Shown here piece by piece: positions 47,933 through 57,730 of a stretch of DNA of 64,000 bases. The stretch's first letter is position 1, and each line of letters opens with the position of its first letter. The notes under the pieces were generated by a model. That model made no database searches, had not been told where the DNA came from, and was given only the letters and a program-made list of their open reading frames with translations. A program made the translations under genes and the position numbers. The stretch is from contig JAITVV010000092.1 in assembly GCA_031285625.1 (NCBI GenBank), positions 1 to 64,000 of the forward strand, in the 5' to 3' direction. Source of the DNA: Prevotella sp. (GTDB lineage: Bacteria; Bacteroidota; Bacteroidia; Bacteroidales; Dysgonomonadaceae).

Positions 47933-49906
47933 TTAATATTCATCACTAAATGACTTCTGTGTATTCAACGCATTTATCACTCCGGCTACATTTGTAGAAT
48001 ACGAAATCGGGCCATGTCCGAAATAAGGAATACTACCATCATATACGGCAGATAAAGACCCGATTCCATCGTTAGACATCTCCTCTTCGACTCCAATTAG
48101 TAAACGATCCAGAAATGATATACCACTTCGTTGAAATATTTTTTGATACGCTTCCTGATATGCCCTTAACAACCAAGGCCAGGCAGCACCATTATAGGTA
48201 CTGTACAAACGTTCAGACAAAGGCCCTTCACATCTAGGCCTGAAACCAATACTTTTGGGACTTAAAGTACGTATACCTTTAGCTGTTAATAGTTCTTTGG
48301 TTATAATATCAATAATAGATTTACTTAGCCTTTTATCTAGTAATGGATAATCTAAAGCAATTGCTAATAACATATTTGGCCTGACACTCCAGTCAACAAA
48401 ATTACCGACAACATAGTCATATAAATAGCCACTATCGTTAAGAAATACTTCAAGAAATGATGTTTTGGTTATTTCTGCCAATAGCCCCATCTTTTTTTCT
48501 AATTTAGCATTTCCCTGATTATGGGCTGTCTCTTCATTAAATTTAAGTGCATTATACCAATACGCATTAATCTCAACCAAGCATCCTGTACGGGCAACTG
48601 TATAATAACCATCGGCCGATTTGTTATGCATCCAACTCGGATGCCCCTTCGTATTATCAACACTTAACAAGCCATTTGTTAAAGAAGTCAGATTTGGATG
48701 ATTTCCTTCCTGGATAAATGCAACTACTTTATTTACAAGTTCGGCATACTTTAGATAATAACGCTCAGTATCATGGTTTGCAAACTTTTTCAAAGCACGT
48801 AATAACCATAACAAAACATCACCATCTCCTATATCTTTCAAAAAGCCGGTTATTGGCTTCCCTTGCATAAATTCTTCTATAGCTGGGATAGCAGTATCCA
48901 CAGCTTCTTCAAAAGCATCACTTTTCCCTATACCTAAAGTTAAACCTTCTAAAGCCATAAATTGTTCTCTGGCCCGGACTTCACCCCATGGATATCCGTT
49001 TAAAAGGTAAAGTTCTTCTTTACTTGGACGAAAATAAAACTGATGAGCAGAATTCTTAAGGCAGTTATAGAATGAAGATCGAGGTGTTCTTTCTTTAATA
49101 CCTTCTTCAAAAAGTGTTATTAGCTTACTTGTATCTGCATGGACATCACTTGCCGAAAATATAATCGACTCTCCCTTTTGAATAGGTAATTCGAAATAGC
49201 CGGGCACATATAAGTCCTCTTTATATGGTAACCCCTGATCCATATCCTGTAAATATTCTATTCCTTTATACCAGTTAGGGTCAAAAATAAAATCCACAGG
49301 CTTGTTGAATTGCATAAACAGTTCGGGATAGCCGCTATACATACACATACTGATACCATTCTCCACTTCCTTATAACCATGTTCGGCTACAGAATTTTCT
49401 TTTGTAAGCTGATTGATATCACGGAATGCGAGAAACGGCTTAAAACGCATTGTTGTAGGAGAATGTGCATCCAGTAGCGTATAACGGATAAATATCATAT
49501 TCTCTTCTAACGAAAACATTTTCTCCTTCGAAAGGATAACTCCTCCTACCCTGTATATCGTACGAGGCAGAGAATCGCAATCGAACTCCCGGATATACTT
49601 ATGCCCCATCGGACTATAGTTATTCCCATCATATTTATGAATACCCAGATTGAAATCTGCGCCATGTTGTATTACAGTCTCATCAAAAGACGATAGAAGC
49701 ACATGGTTGGTATTTCCTAATTTAGGAACTGGCATAACGAGTAAGCCATGCTGCTTACGGGTATTACACTCTACTAATGTCGTACAATGATATGCTCCTC
49801 GCCTGTTTGTTCTCAAAATCTCTCTATTAAGGGAATATTCAAGGTTAACCATTCGGGACTTATCAAATTTTAAATAGGCATTTGTTTTTTTATAATTGTA
49901 ATCCAT
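47933..49906 (-). CDS. Glycogen debranching enzyme-like protein (GDE_N plus GH133-type amylo-alpha-1,6-glucosidase domain)
   Basis: CNTRKQHGLL, EDLYVPGYFE, VEINAYWYNAL, RPN, GIRTLSP, YNGAAWPWL. Confidence 0.88.
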   Translation of the reverse strand: MDYNYKKTNAYLKFDKSRMVNLEYSLNREILRTNRRGAYHCTTLVECNTRKQHGLLVMPVPKLGNTNHVLLSSFDETVIQHGADFNLGIHKYDGNNYSPMGHKYIREFDCDSLPRTIYRVGGVILSKEKMFSLEENMIFIRYTLLDAHSPTTMRFKPFLAFRDINQLTKENSVAEHGYKEVENGISMCMYSGYPELFMQFNKPVDFIFDPNWYKGIEYLQDMDQGLPYKEDLYVPGYFELPIQKGESIIFSASDVHADTSKLITLFEEGIKERTPRSSFYNCLKNSAHQFYFRPSKEELYLLNGYPWGEVRAREQFMALEGLTLGIGKSDAFEEAVDTAIPAIEEFMQGKPITGFLKDIGDGDVLLWLLRALKKFANHDTERYYLKYAELVNKVVAFIQEGNHPNLTSLTNGLLSVDNTKGHPSWMHNKSADGYYTVARTGCLVEINAYWYNALKFNEETAHNQGNAKLEKKMGLLAEITKTSFLEVFLNDSGYLYDYVVGNFVDWSVRPNMLLAIALDYPLLDKRLSKSIIDIITKELLTAKGIRTLSPKSIGFRPRCEGPLSERLYSTYNGAAWPWLLRAYQEAYQKIFQRSGISFLDRLLIGVEEEMSNDGIGSLSAVYDGSIPYFGHGPISYSTNVAGVINALNTQKSFSDEY

Positions 49907-50271
49907 AATTAACAGATATGCTTATTAATACATTTTATATATAACACAAATTAAACATAGATGTTTTCTATTGCTTGATTTCCGTTTTTAAAGATAGTGA
50001 AAATGTTAATGAATCAACCTTACTAATAAAGATGTTTATTAACATAAACGCTTTTTAAGATCAATTTATAAACAAAGCTTATTTAGAATAATTTTACATA
50101 ACAACATAATAGTAAAATATACTACATTCTTTTAAGGATAAAACATTTACATTAAATATGCCTTAAAATCGGCCTCAACTTATTTATATATTCTATCTCA
50201 ATTGACAAGTATTTTTATATATTTGTAGTCCGAAAAAGATTACTAACTAGTTTGAAATTAAAATAACTTAT

Positions 50272-51132
50272 ATGCTTTCATTTATCACATGGAATGTAGA
50301 TCCCGAAGCATTCTCTATATTAGGTCGGGAAATACGCTGGTATGGTATTTTATGGGCAGCAGGAGTTCTTTGTACCACTATGGTTGTACAGAGAATGTAT
50401 AAATCGGAAAAACTTCCGGAAAAATGGTTCGACTCTCTCTTTATCTATGTCCTCACAGGCCTTATCATAGGAGCACGTTTAGGACATTGCTTGTTTTATG
50501 ATCCGGTGTACTATCTAACCAATCCATTGAAAATGTTAATGGTATGGGAAGGTGGGCTATCCAGTCATGGAGGAGCTATAGGAATGACAATCGGTATATG
50601 GCTATACTGTAAACGGGTTTCGAAAAGAAGTATTATATGGGGATTAGACAGACTCATCGTTGGAGTAGCTGTAGGTGCAGCATCAATAAGATTGGGTAAC
50701 CTGATGAATTCGGAAATATATGGAGGTCCGACTACCTTACCATGGGGATTTAATTTTGTAAGAGATCCACACTGGCACTATCCGTTAACAGACGGAGGAT
50801 CAGGAGAACTACCCTGCCATCCTACTCAAATATACGAAGTACTTATTTACCTTGCTGTATTTGCTGTCGGATTATATTTATTCTATAAAACAAACGCTAA
50901 AGATAAACAGGGATTAATCCTGGGTATTTCATTAATAGGCATTTTCCTGTCACGATTCTTCATTGAATTTATTAAAAACATCCAAGAACCATTTGAAATG
51001 AACATGATAGCAACCTATGGGATCAACATGGGACAACTATTGAGTATTCCATTTGTTATATGGGGAATATGGCTTGTATGGAATGCCTTGAGAACGAAAG
51101 AAACTATTGAAACCAAAATAAATAAAAAGTAG
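50272..51132 (+). CDS. lgt: Prolipoprotein diacylglyceryl transferase
   Basis: IRWYG, GARLGH, WEGGLSSHGG, RLGNLMNSEIYG, HPTQIYE, RFFIEF. Confidence 0.97.
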   Translation: MLSFITWNVDPEAFSILGREIRWYGILWAAGVLCTTMVVQRMYKSEKLPEKWFDSLFIYVLTGLIIGARLGHCLFYDPVYYLTNPLKMLMVWEGGLSSHGGAIGMTIGIWLYCKRVSKRSIIWGLDRLIVGVAVGAASIRLGNLMNSEIYGGPTTLPWGFNFVRDPHWHYPLTDGGSGELPCHPTQIYEVLIYLAVFAVGLYLFYKTNAKDKQGLILGISLIGIFLSRFFIEFIKNIQEPFEMNMIATYGINMGQLLSIPFVIWGIWLVWNALRTKETIETKINKK

Positions 51133-51147
51133 ACATAATTTACCGAT

Positions 51148-52350
51148 ATGTTAAAACCAATTCCTATAAAAGAAGATCTTTATTACATCGGTGTAAACGA
51201 CCGTACGAAGCATCTTTTTGAAAATTTATGGCCGTTGCCCAAAGGTGTATCATATAACTCATATCTCATAGTAGATGAAAAGACAGCTTTATTTGATACT
51301 GTAGATGTGTGCTATTCTGATATCTTCTTCCACAAACTGGAAATAGCACTGGATGGGAAACCTTTAGACTATGTTATCATCAACCATATGGAACCTGATC
51401 ATTCGGGATCGTTGGGCCTTTTAAGAAACAGATTTCCAAATGTACAAATAGTAGGAAACAAGCGGACTGCCGATATGGTGCAGGGATTCTTTGGAATCAC
51501 TGAGGGCGTAAAGGTAATAGAAGATGGAGAAAACCTGTCATTAGGGAAACACAATCTCGTATTCCACCTGACTCCCATGGTCCATTGGCCAGAAACAATG
51601 ATGACCTATGATACACTCCACAAGATTATCTTTTCCGGCGATGCATTCGGTACTTTCGGAACATTGGATGGAGGAATAACAGATGCTCAGTTACATCCCG
51701 AACGCTACTACGATGAGATGATACGTTACTATTCTAATGTAGTCGGAAAATTCGGTTCACCTGTTCAGAAAGCATTGGAAAAACTAGGAACCCTTGATAT
51801 AAAATATATCTGTTCTACGCATGGCCCTGTGTGGACATTAGATGAGCAAATAAAAAAAGTAATAGGAATATATGATAAACTAAGCCGATACGAAGGTGAT
51901 GAAGGTGTTGTTATTGCCTATGGAAGTATGTATGGGAATACCGAACAAATGGCGGAAACTGTTGCATACGAGTTGGCTCAACAAGGTATAAAAGAGGTTA
52001 TACTGCATAATGTATCAAAGCGCTCACACTCTTATATCATTCGTGATATATTCAAATATAAAGGCCTTATCGTTGGATCACCGACTTATAATAACAAGCT
52101 GTTTCCTGAAGTGGAGTATTTGCTTTCTAAAGTTGAAGGGCGCGATATGAAACACCGCTATTTCGGCTATTTCGGTTCATTTACATGGGCGGGAGCTGCA
52201 GTGAAACGTTTGGCACAATTTGCACAGGATACCAAATTTGAAGTAGTGGGTTCACCTGTAGAAATGAAGCAGGCTATGCGCCTTGATACTTATGATGCTT
52301 GTATATCATTAGGAAAATCGATGGCTGAAAGATTGAAACAAGATAGATAA
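51148..52350 (+). CDS. fprA: FprA family A-type flavoprotein (flavodiiron protein)
   Basis: NHMEPDHSG, HWPE, SGDAFG, flavodoxin motif SMYGNT. Confidence 0.93.
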   Translation: MLKPIPIKEDLYYIGVNDRTKHLFENLWPLPKGVSYNSYLIVDEKTALFDTVDVCYSDIFFHKLEIALDGKPLDYVIINHMEPDHSGSLGLLRNRFPNVQIVGNKRTADMVQGFFGITEGVKVIEDGENLSLGKHNLVFHLTPMVHWPETMMTYDTLHKIIFSGDAFGTFGTLDGGITDAQLHPERYYDEMIRYYSNVVGKFGSPVQKALEKLGTLDIKYICSTHGPVWTLDEQIKKVIGIYDKLSRYEGDEGVVIAYGSMYGNTEQMAETVAYELAQQGIKEVILHNVSKRSHSYIIRDIFKYKGLIVGSPTYNNKLFPEVEYLLSKVEGRDMKHRYFGYFGSFTWAGAAVKRLAQFAQDTKFEVVGSPVEMKQAMRLDTYDACISLGKSMAERLKQDR

Positions 52351-52368
52351 AATATAAACGATCCTTTA

Positions 52369-52410
52369 TAATGAGTTGTAAGTCTATTGATTTACAGCTC
52401 ATTTTATTTT
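52369..52410 (+). terminator. Terminator-like hairpin after fprA
   Basis: AATGAGTTGTAA...TTACAGCTCATT followed by TTATTTT. Confidence 0.55.
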
Positions 52411-52437
52411 ATAGGTAAACATTCCAAAATAAAAACT

Positions 52438-52466
52438 AAAAAAAGCCGCTCTTATATAGGAGCGGC
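52438..52466 (-). terminator. Terminator for the beta-barrel gene
   Basis: GCCGCTC...GAGCGGC hairpin with a T run on the minus strand. Confidence 0.8.
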
Positions 52467-52491
52467 CTTATTATGTTAGAATATTTTATTC

Positions 52492-53079
52492 TTAGAATAC
52501 GATACTTACACCAAGTTCTGTTTGTCCAAGATCAAAATCAAATCCGAAATCATCGGTTTTAACACCATCGAATTTCTCATGTTGATAGCCTAAAAAACCA
52601 AATTTACCTGTTAATGTAATTCTCTTCGATACATTTACAGCAACACCCGGACGAAAACCAACTTCCCATGCATTTAATTTGATTTTTTCGTCATTCGCAT
52701 TCACAGCTTCACTTTTACCATAAGTATAACCTGCACCACCATCTACGAATAAGCTACCCATCTCACCTTTTAGGAAAGCCATACGAAGAAAAGGATTTAC
52801 TGTAAATGCATCTTTAGCATTAATACCTCTAAAGTTACCCATAACAGTTTTATTATGTGCATATCCCAATCTGATACCTACACCCATGTTTTCAGCAAAA
52901 GCATAACCGATTTCAGGAATGATACGGTAAGATGAAACTCTGTCACCGTCACCAACTTTAGTACTGTTGAAACCAACGCTACCGCCAATCCACATTTGAC
53001 CAACTTCTTGTGCAGAAACTGTTGTAGCTAAACCTAACATAATCGCTAGAGTAAAAAATAATTTTTTCATAATTTTCAA
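52492..53079 (-). CDS. Small outer-membrane beta-barrel (porin-family/OmpA-like barrel) protein
   Basis: Signal peptide ending VSAQ, WIGGSVGF, alternating strands, C-terminal Phe. Confidence 0.85.
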   Translation of the reverse strand: MKIMKKLFFTLAIMLGLATTVSAQEVGQMWIGGSVGFNSTKVGDGDRVSSYRIIPEIGYAFAENMGVGIRLGYAHNKTVMGNFRGINAKDAFTVNPFLRMAFLKGEMGSLFVDGGAGYTYGKSEAVNANDEKIKLNAWEVGFRPGVAVNVSKRITLTGKFGFLGYQHEKFDGVKTDDFGFDFDLGQTELGVSIVF

Positions 53080-53191
53080 TTTAGTTTGTGATTTACCTTA
53101 AATAATTAACTCAAATTTGTGATTTTCTCAAATCGCGGGGACAAAGGTCTTATAAATTAGTATATACAAAAAGTCCCAATAAGGATTAAAG

Positions 53192-53280
53192 ATGTTCTAA
53201 AGTTCCTTTTTCCGATAAAAACGTGTATATTCAGCCAACCACATCTGTCCATATATTCTTATCCTATGTTCAAAAGTTCC
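53192..53280. promoter_or_regulatory. 15-bp direct repeats, candidate AraC-type sites
   Basis: ATGTTCTAAAGTTCC (53192-53206) and ATGTTCAAAAGTTCC (53266-53280). Confidence 0.55.
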
Positions 53281-53354
53281 CGTACAAAATAAAATGATAA
53301 TAAAGAAAAAAGATTAAATTTGCATCTCCTGTAACAAAACGATATAAATACTAC

Positions 53355-54236
53355 ATGAAATTAGCGAAAATACAACTCGACGATATATCCGAACATATAG
53401 ATCCGTTTGCCATCAAAAACTTTATCATATCAGATAAAGCTGTAATATTCCCTCCCCTATCTTCAAACTTTCCATTTGTACTGGATGGTGTAGCTTTTGC
53501 CATTTGTATCGGAGGAAAAGCACGGATAAAGATAAATTTTAAAGAGTATGATATAGAGAAAAACATGATCATTACCATCATGCCCTATTTCGTTACCGAA
53601 TTTATAAGCAGGAGTGATGATTTAATGTTAGAATTTCTCATTTTCTCTATCGACTTTCTCACAGAGATGCCTACCGTCTCCAACTTTGATATATCAAAGA
53701 GCATAATGCAAGACTCATGCTTAAGAATTACAGAAGCCGATGCCGAAAAATATCTTGAGTTCCATACATTCATTGTAAAACAATATAAACGTAGGGATCA
53801 TCCTTTCAGAAAAGAAATGGCAAAAAGTTTATTATATGCAATGCTCGCCGAAATCGGAGGCATCTACTATAATACACTACAAAAAGATAACAATGAGCAG
53901 GATGTTATACCAACCTCACATCAGGAAGAGCTTATATCACGTTTCTTTAAGTTATTGTTATTGCATCACAAACAAGAGAGATCTCTTCAGTTCTATGCAG
54001 ATAAGATGTGCCTTACCACAAAATATCTATCCACAACAGTAAAAGAAAGAACAGGACGAACTGCCTTTGGCTGGATCAATGAAGCACTGATAGCATCATC
54101 TAAACATTTACTTAAAACCACTGATATGACTATATTGCAGATATCAGATGAAATGAGTTTTCCAAACGCTTCATTTTTTGGCCGTTTTTTTAAAAAGCAT
54201 ACCGGCATAACCCCTGTACAGTATAGAGAAAGTTAA
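53355..54236 (+). CDS. AraC family transcriptional regulator
   Basis: FYADKMCLTTKYLS...SFFGRFFKKHTGITP; TAAATTTG at 53315. Confidence 0.95.
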   Translation: MKLAKIQLDDISEHIDPFAIKNFIISDKAVIFPPLSSNFPFVLDGVAFAICIGGKARIKINFKEYDIEKNMIITIMPYFVTEFISRSDDLMLEFLIFSIDFLTEMPTVSNFDISKSIMQDSCLRITEADAEKYLEFHTFIVKQYKRRDHPFRKEMAKSLLYAMLAEIGGIYYNTLQKDNNEQDVIPTSHQEELISRFFKLLLLHHKQERSLQFYADKMCLTTKYLSTTVKERTGRTAFGWINEALIASSKHLLKTTDMTILQISDEMSFPNASFFGRFFKKHTGITPVQYRES

Positions 54237-54380
54237 CATGAAAAATTTACCTTTTATAGGAAATTTTTTTCTTTATATTTGGTAAATGTAATGATGCAGA
54301 ACTAATGTCACTAGGATGACTTGTATGTCAGCAGCTTGAATTATGCTATCTAATCAAAAACCTAAATTAAATATACAATC

Positions 54381-54692
54381 ATGAATAAATGTCCTAACTG
54401 CGATGCAGAACTAACAGATAATCTAGGAGTTTGTAAAAAATGCAATTACAGCCTGTATGAAGGACGGGTAATCGGATATGAAGAAATGTATCCCGAAAAG
54501 AAAGAATTAAAATGTCTACGTTGCAATATTAAATTATTCTTTGCCGGGAACTTTCAGTTCCACGAAGGGATGAGAGTAGGCATACTGGGTAATCTGCTCG
54601 AAGGCTTGGGAAACAAAGAAAGCTTCGATCTGTATGTATGTTCCAAATGTGGTAAAGTGGAATTCTTCCTGCCAAAAGAAAAATATTATTGA
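54381..54692 (+). CDS. Small double zinc-ribbon protein
   Basis: Four CxxC pairs (CPNC, CKKC, CLRC, CSKC) and CGKVEFF ending; TATATTTG promoter at 54274-54281. Confidence 0.8.
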   Translation: MNKCPNCDAELTDNLGVCKKCNYSLYEGRVIGYEEMYPEKKELKCLRCNIKLFFAGNFQFHEGMRVGILGNLLEGLGNKESFDLYVCSKCGKVEFFLPKEKYY

Positions 54693-54979
54693 ATAAATTT
54701 TCTTAACAGGGGATGCTTTTCCATATCCTCATATTTCCGTACTATTACACCTAGTTTCTCAAATAGTTTACGGATCAGGGGATCTATATCCATTACATAA
54801 ACCTCTTTGATACGTTTGGTCAATAACCAAAGTGCCAAATAATTGACGTCCTTATTTACGATAATATCTTTTTCAACTTCTACTATCGATTTATTATCCG
54901 TATGTAATACAATTATCGGAATTGTATCGGTATAGGACTCGTCAATCTTATTATCTTTAAGGAGTAGGGCTATTCTCAT
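54686..54979 (-). CDS. Hypothetical protein, possibly NifB/NifX-like fold
   Basis: MRIAL...LFEKLGVIV pattern; 97 aa. Confidence 0.6.
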   Translation of the reverse strand: MRIALLLKDNKIDESYTDTIPIIVLHTDNKSIVEVEKDIIVNKDVNYLALWLLTKRIKEVYVMDIDPLIRKLFEKLGVIVRKYEDMEKHPLLRKFIQ

Positions 54980-55149
54980 AAGACTAACTTTTAAGTAATT
55001 AAGTAAAGATCACTAATATAAACGGTTAACAAATGTCCCGATCTACGGAAGATATGTTCTAAAAGGGGCATAATTATACAATATGAACAAAATAGCTCTA
55101 TATAATGTTCTAAAAGTAAATATACTACATAAAATTAAAAAGAAACATT

Positions 55150-55422
55150 ATGAAGAAACTTTTAATTGGAGCAGCAGCAGGAATAGGTCTTGCTCTTGTA
55201 ATTTATAAATTGGCAGAGAGTGGAAAACTAGATTGTGTATGCGATGATCTGGATAAACTATCGGGCCAGGCTAAAAAGAAAATCAAAGATGGTATTGACG
55301 TTGGTAAAAATCAACTGGAATACTTAAAAGAGCGTGCTGCTTTCAAATCAGAACAGTTAAGCGAAATAGCTGATGAAGTAGAAAAAAAGGTGATGGATAA
55401 ACTGAATAAAGCTAAAAGCTGA
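55150..55422 (+). CDS. YtxH-like small membrane-anchored protein
   Basis: N-terminal LIGAAAGIGLA helix followed by a charged helical region. Confidence 0.65.
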   Translation: MKKLLIGAAAGIGLALVIYKLAESGKLDCVCDDLDKLSGQAKKKIKDGIDVGKNQLEYLKERAAFKSEQLSEIADEVEKKVMDKLNKAKS

Positions 55423-55448
55423 TTCTGTAATTACTTATTTATGGATGA

Positions 55449-55486
55449 TAAAAGTGGGTTATGCCAGATAGTATAACCCACTTTTA
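55449..55486. terminator. Bidirectional terminator
   Basis: TAAAAGTGGGTTAT...ATAACCCACTTTTA between convergent genes. Confidence 0.85.
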
Positions 55487-55507
55487 CTATTATGGTCAAA
55501 TCAAATA

Positions 55508-56524
55508 TCACATTACCACCCTAGAAAACGGAGCCGCCCCCATAGAGCAAAAATCATTGTCTAAATATTTGAAATAGCCGGATATAGCTATCATAGCTGC
55601 ATTATCTGTAGTATAGCCAAAGGGAGGAATATGTATCTTCCAGCCATATCGCTTGGCATGATCTTCGAATGCTGTACGAAGCCCTGAATTAGCAGAGACC
55701 CCACCGGCGACAGCAACCTCCTTTATGTTTAAGTCTTTAGCAGCACGACGCAATTGCTCCATTAATACATCTATGATTGTTTTTTGTAACGATGCACATA
55801 AGTCCTCTTTATTCTTTTCAATAAAGTCAGGATCTTTCTTTATTTCATCTCTCAATAGATATAGGAATGAGGTTTTCAATCCGCTAAAGCTATAATCATA
55901 CCCTTGTATATGTGGCTTGTTCAATTTGAACTTTGTAGGATCCCCTACTTTTGCCAGCCGATCGACAACAGGACCACCGGGATAACCCAGTCCCATTACT
56001 TTAGCACACTTGTCAAATGCTTCACCGGCGGCATCATCAATAGTTTGCCCTATAATTTCCATATCCTTATAAGACTTCACTAGTATAATCTGAGAATTAC
56101 CTCCCGATACCAGCAAGCATAAGAACGGAAACTGAGGCTCATGATTGTCCTCTTTATTCTCCTTAATAAAATGAGCCAAAACATGCCCATGCAAATGATT
56201 TACATCAATCATTGGAATATTTAATGCTGACGAAAGTCCTTTTGCAAAAGATGTGCCTACAAGTAAAGACCCCATAAGTCCGGGTCCACGGGTAAATGCT
56301 ATTGCAGACAAGTCTTCTTTATTTATCCCTGCCTTCTTTATTGCCTGATCCACCACAGGAATTATATTCTGCTGATGAGCCCGGGATGCCAGTTCAGGAA
56401 CAACACCACCATAGGATTCGTGTACCTTCTGGCTGGATATAATATTTGATAAAAGAACCCCATCCTGTATTACAGCGGCAGCTGTATCATCACAAGATGA
56501 TTCTATTCCTAGTATAATTGCCAT
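55508..56524 (-). CDS. tsaD: tRNA N6-adenosine threonylcarbamoyltransferase
   Basis: ILGIESSCDDT, GGVVPELASRAH, NHLHGH, DDAAGEAFDK, FSGLKT, TDNAAMI. Confidence 0.97.
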   Translation of the reverse strand: MAIILGIESSCDDTAAAVIQDGVLLSNIISSQKVHESYGGVVPELASRAHQQNIIPVVDQAIKKAGINKEDLSAIAFTRGPGLMGSLLVGTSFAKGLSSALNIPMIDVNHLHGHVLAHFIKENKEDNHEPQFPFLCLLVSGGNSQIILVKSYKDMEIIGQTIDDAAGEAFDKCAKVMGLGYPGGPVVDRLAKVGDPTKFKLNKPHIQGYDYSFSGLKTSFLYLLRDEIKKDPDFIEKNKEDLCASLQKTIIDVLMEQLRRAAKDLNIKEVAVAGGVSANSGLRTAFEDHAKRYGWKIHIPPFGYTTDNAAMIAISGYFKYLDNDFCSMGAAPFSRVVM

Positions 56525-56696
56525 TAATTATATTTATTACTGTTTCTTATTAAAAATTGCTTTCTATCTTTGTATGTATCTAAATAATATATAGTTGATT
56601 TTTCAGTTATAACATTATAGATACATACTCGAAAAGCAAAACAAAATTAGGAAATATAAATTATCTTCGCAAAGAAGAAATCTTAAAAGGAAATAA

Positions 56697-57689
56697 ATGA
56701 AAAATATAATTTATTTAGTGAGTTTTACTATAATATCTTTTATTGGTTGTTCGGGAACTGTTAAGGGTGACAGCAAGCAGATACAGCAAGACAAAATATC
56801 AATTATACGTTTTGATAAAGATGTATATAATTATTTACAGCAACCTGATACTGAAAAGGAAAATAATCTGAAAGAAAAATATACGGAACTACTTCCGGCA
56901 TTTGGACAGATAGCGATGGAGCATAATGATGGCACTACCCTCTTCCCTGCTCTAAGAGATTACTTTTCAAATCCGGTATTATTAAATATATATAAAGACG
57001 CGCTGGATAAATATAAGGATCTTTCGTCATACGAAAATGAACTTTCGTCAGTAAATAATATAATAGAAGATCAGTTTACAGGTAAGAAATTACCCCTACT
57101 GGCAATGCATGTGTCCGGATTCAGGGAAAATGTTATAATTACAAATAATCTGATATCTATATCTACCGACAGATACCTGGGTAGCGAATACCAGGCATAT
57201 ATGGAGTTCTTCCAACCTTACGAAAGACAGCAAATGCAGCCAAAATACATAGTTAGAGATTACCTCAGAGCATGGCTGATGAGTGATATCATACAACACG
57301 GATCTGACTCTGAGAATCTTTTAACAGCCATGGTAAATGAAGGTAAAGTTTTATATGCATTATCGGTTTTATTACCCAATTATGATATAAACGATGTTAT
57401 AGGTTACACTTCCGATCAAACTAAATGGTGTAAAGACAATGAAAAAAACGTATGGCAGACCATTGTAAAACAGAACTATCTGTATTCTACAGACCATATG
57501 CTTATTACACGACTGATTAATGATGCTGCATCTACTTCGGTGGTCTCTCCTCAATCTCCGGGACGCGTAGGAGTCTGGATGGGATGGCAGATAGTAAATC
57601 AATATGCAAAAAATAAAGGCTTCCTATTAGAAGACATTCTTTTGATGGATGCGCAGACAATACTGAAAGGAGCAAAATATAATCCGTAA
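56697..57689 (+). CDS. GldB-like lipoprotein
   Basis: Lipobox FIGC, IIRFDK, DRYLG, SPGRVGVWMGWQIV, AKYNP terminus. Confidence 0.85.
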   Translation: MKNIIYLVSFTIISFIGCSGTVKGDSKQIQQDKISIIRFDKDVYNYLQQPDTEKENNLKEKYTELLPAFGQIAMEHNDGTTLFPALRDYFSNPVLLNIYKDALDKYKDLSSYENELSSVNNIIEDQFTGKKLPLLAMHVSGFRENVIITNNLISISTDRYLGSEYQAYMEFFQPYERQQMQPKYIVRDYLRAWLMSDIIQHGSDSENLLTAMVNEGKVLYALSVLLPNYDINDVIGYTSDQTKWCKDNEKNVWQTIVKQNYLYSTDHMLITRLINDAASTSVVSPQSPGRVGVWMGWQIVNQYAKNKGFLLEDILLMDAQTILKGAKYNP

Positions 57690-57730
57690 CTACATGCACA
57701 ATAGTTATTTCTATAATTTGTTTTTTAATT

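Noticed and set aside
52369-52405. dif/Xer or IHF site inside the hairpin after fprA
   Set aside because: No good XerD arm (TTATGTTAAAT), and the spacing is one base off the IHF consensus; a terminator explains it.
54286-54350. Known riboswitch or ribozyme in the zinc-ribbon gene leader
   Set aside because: I could not match fluoride, SAM-II, TPP, cobalamin or hammerhead cores by eye; an Rfam search would be needed.
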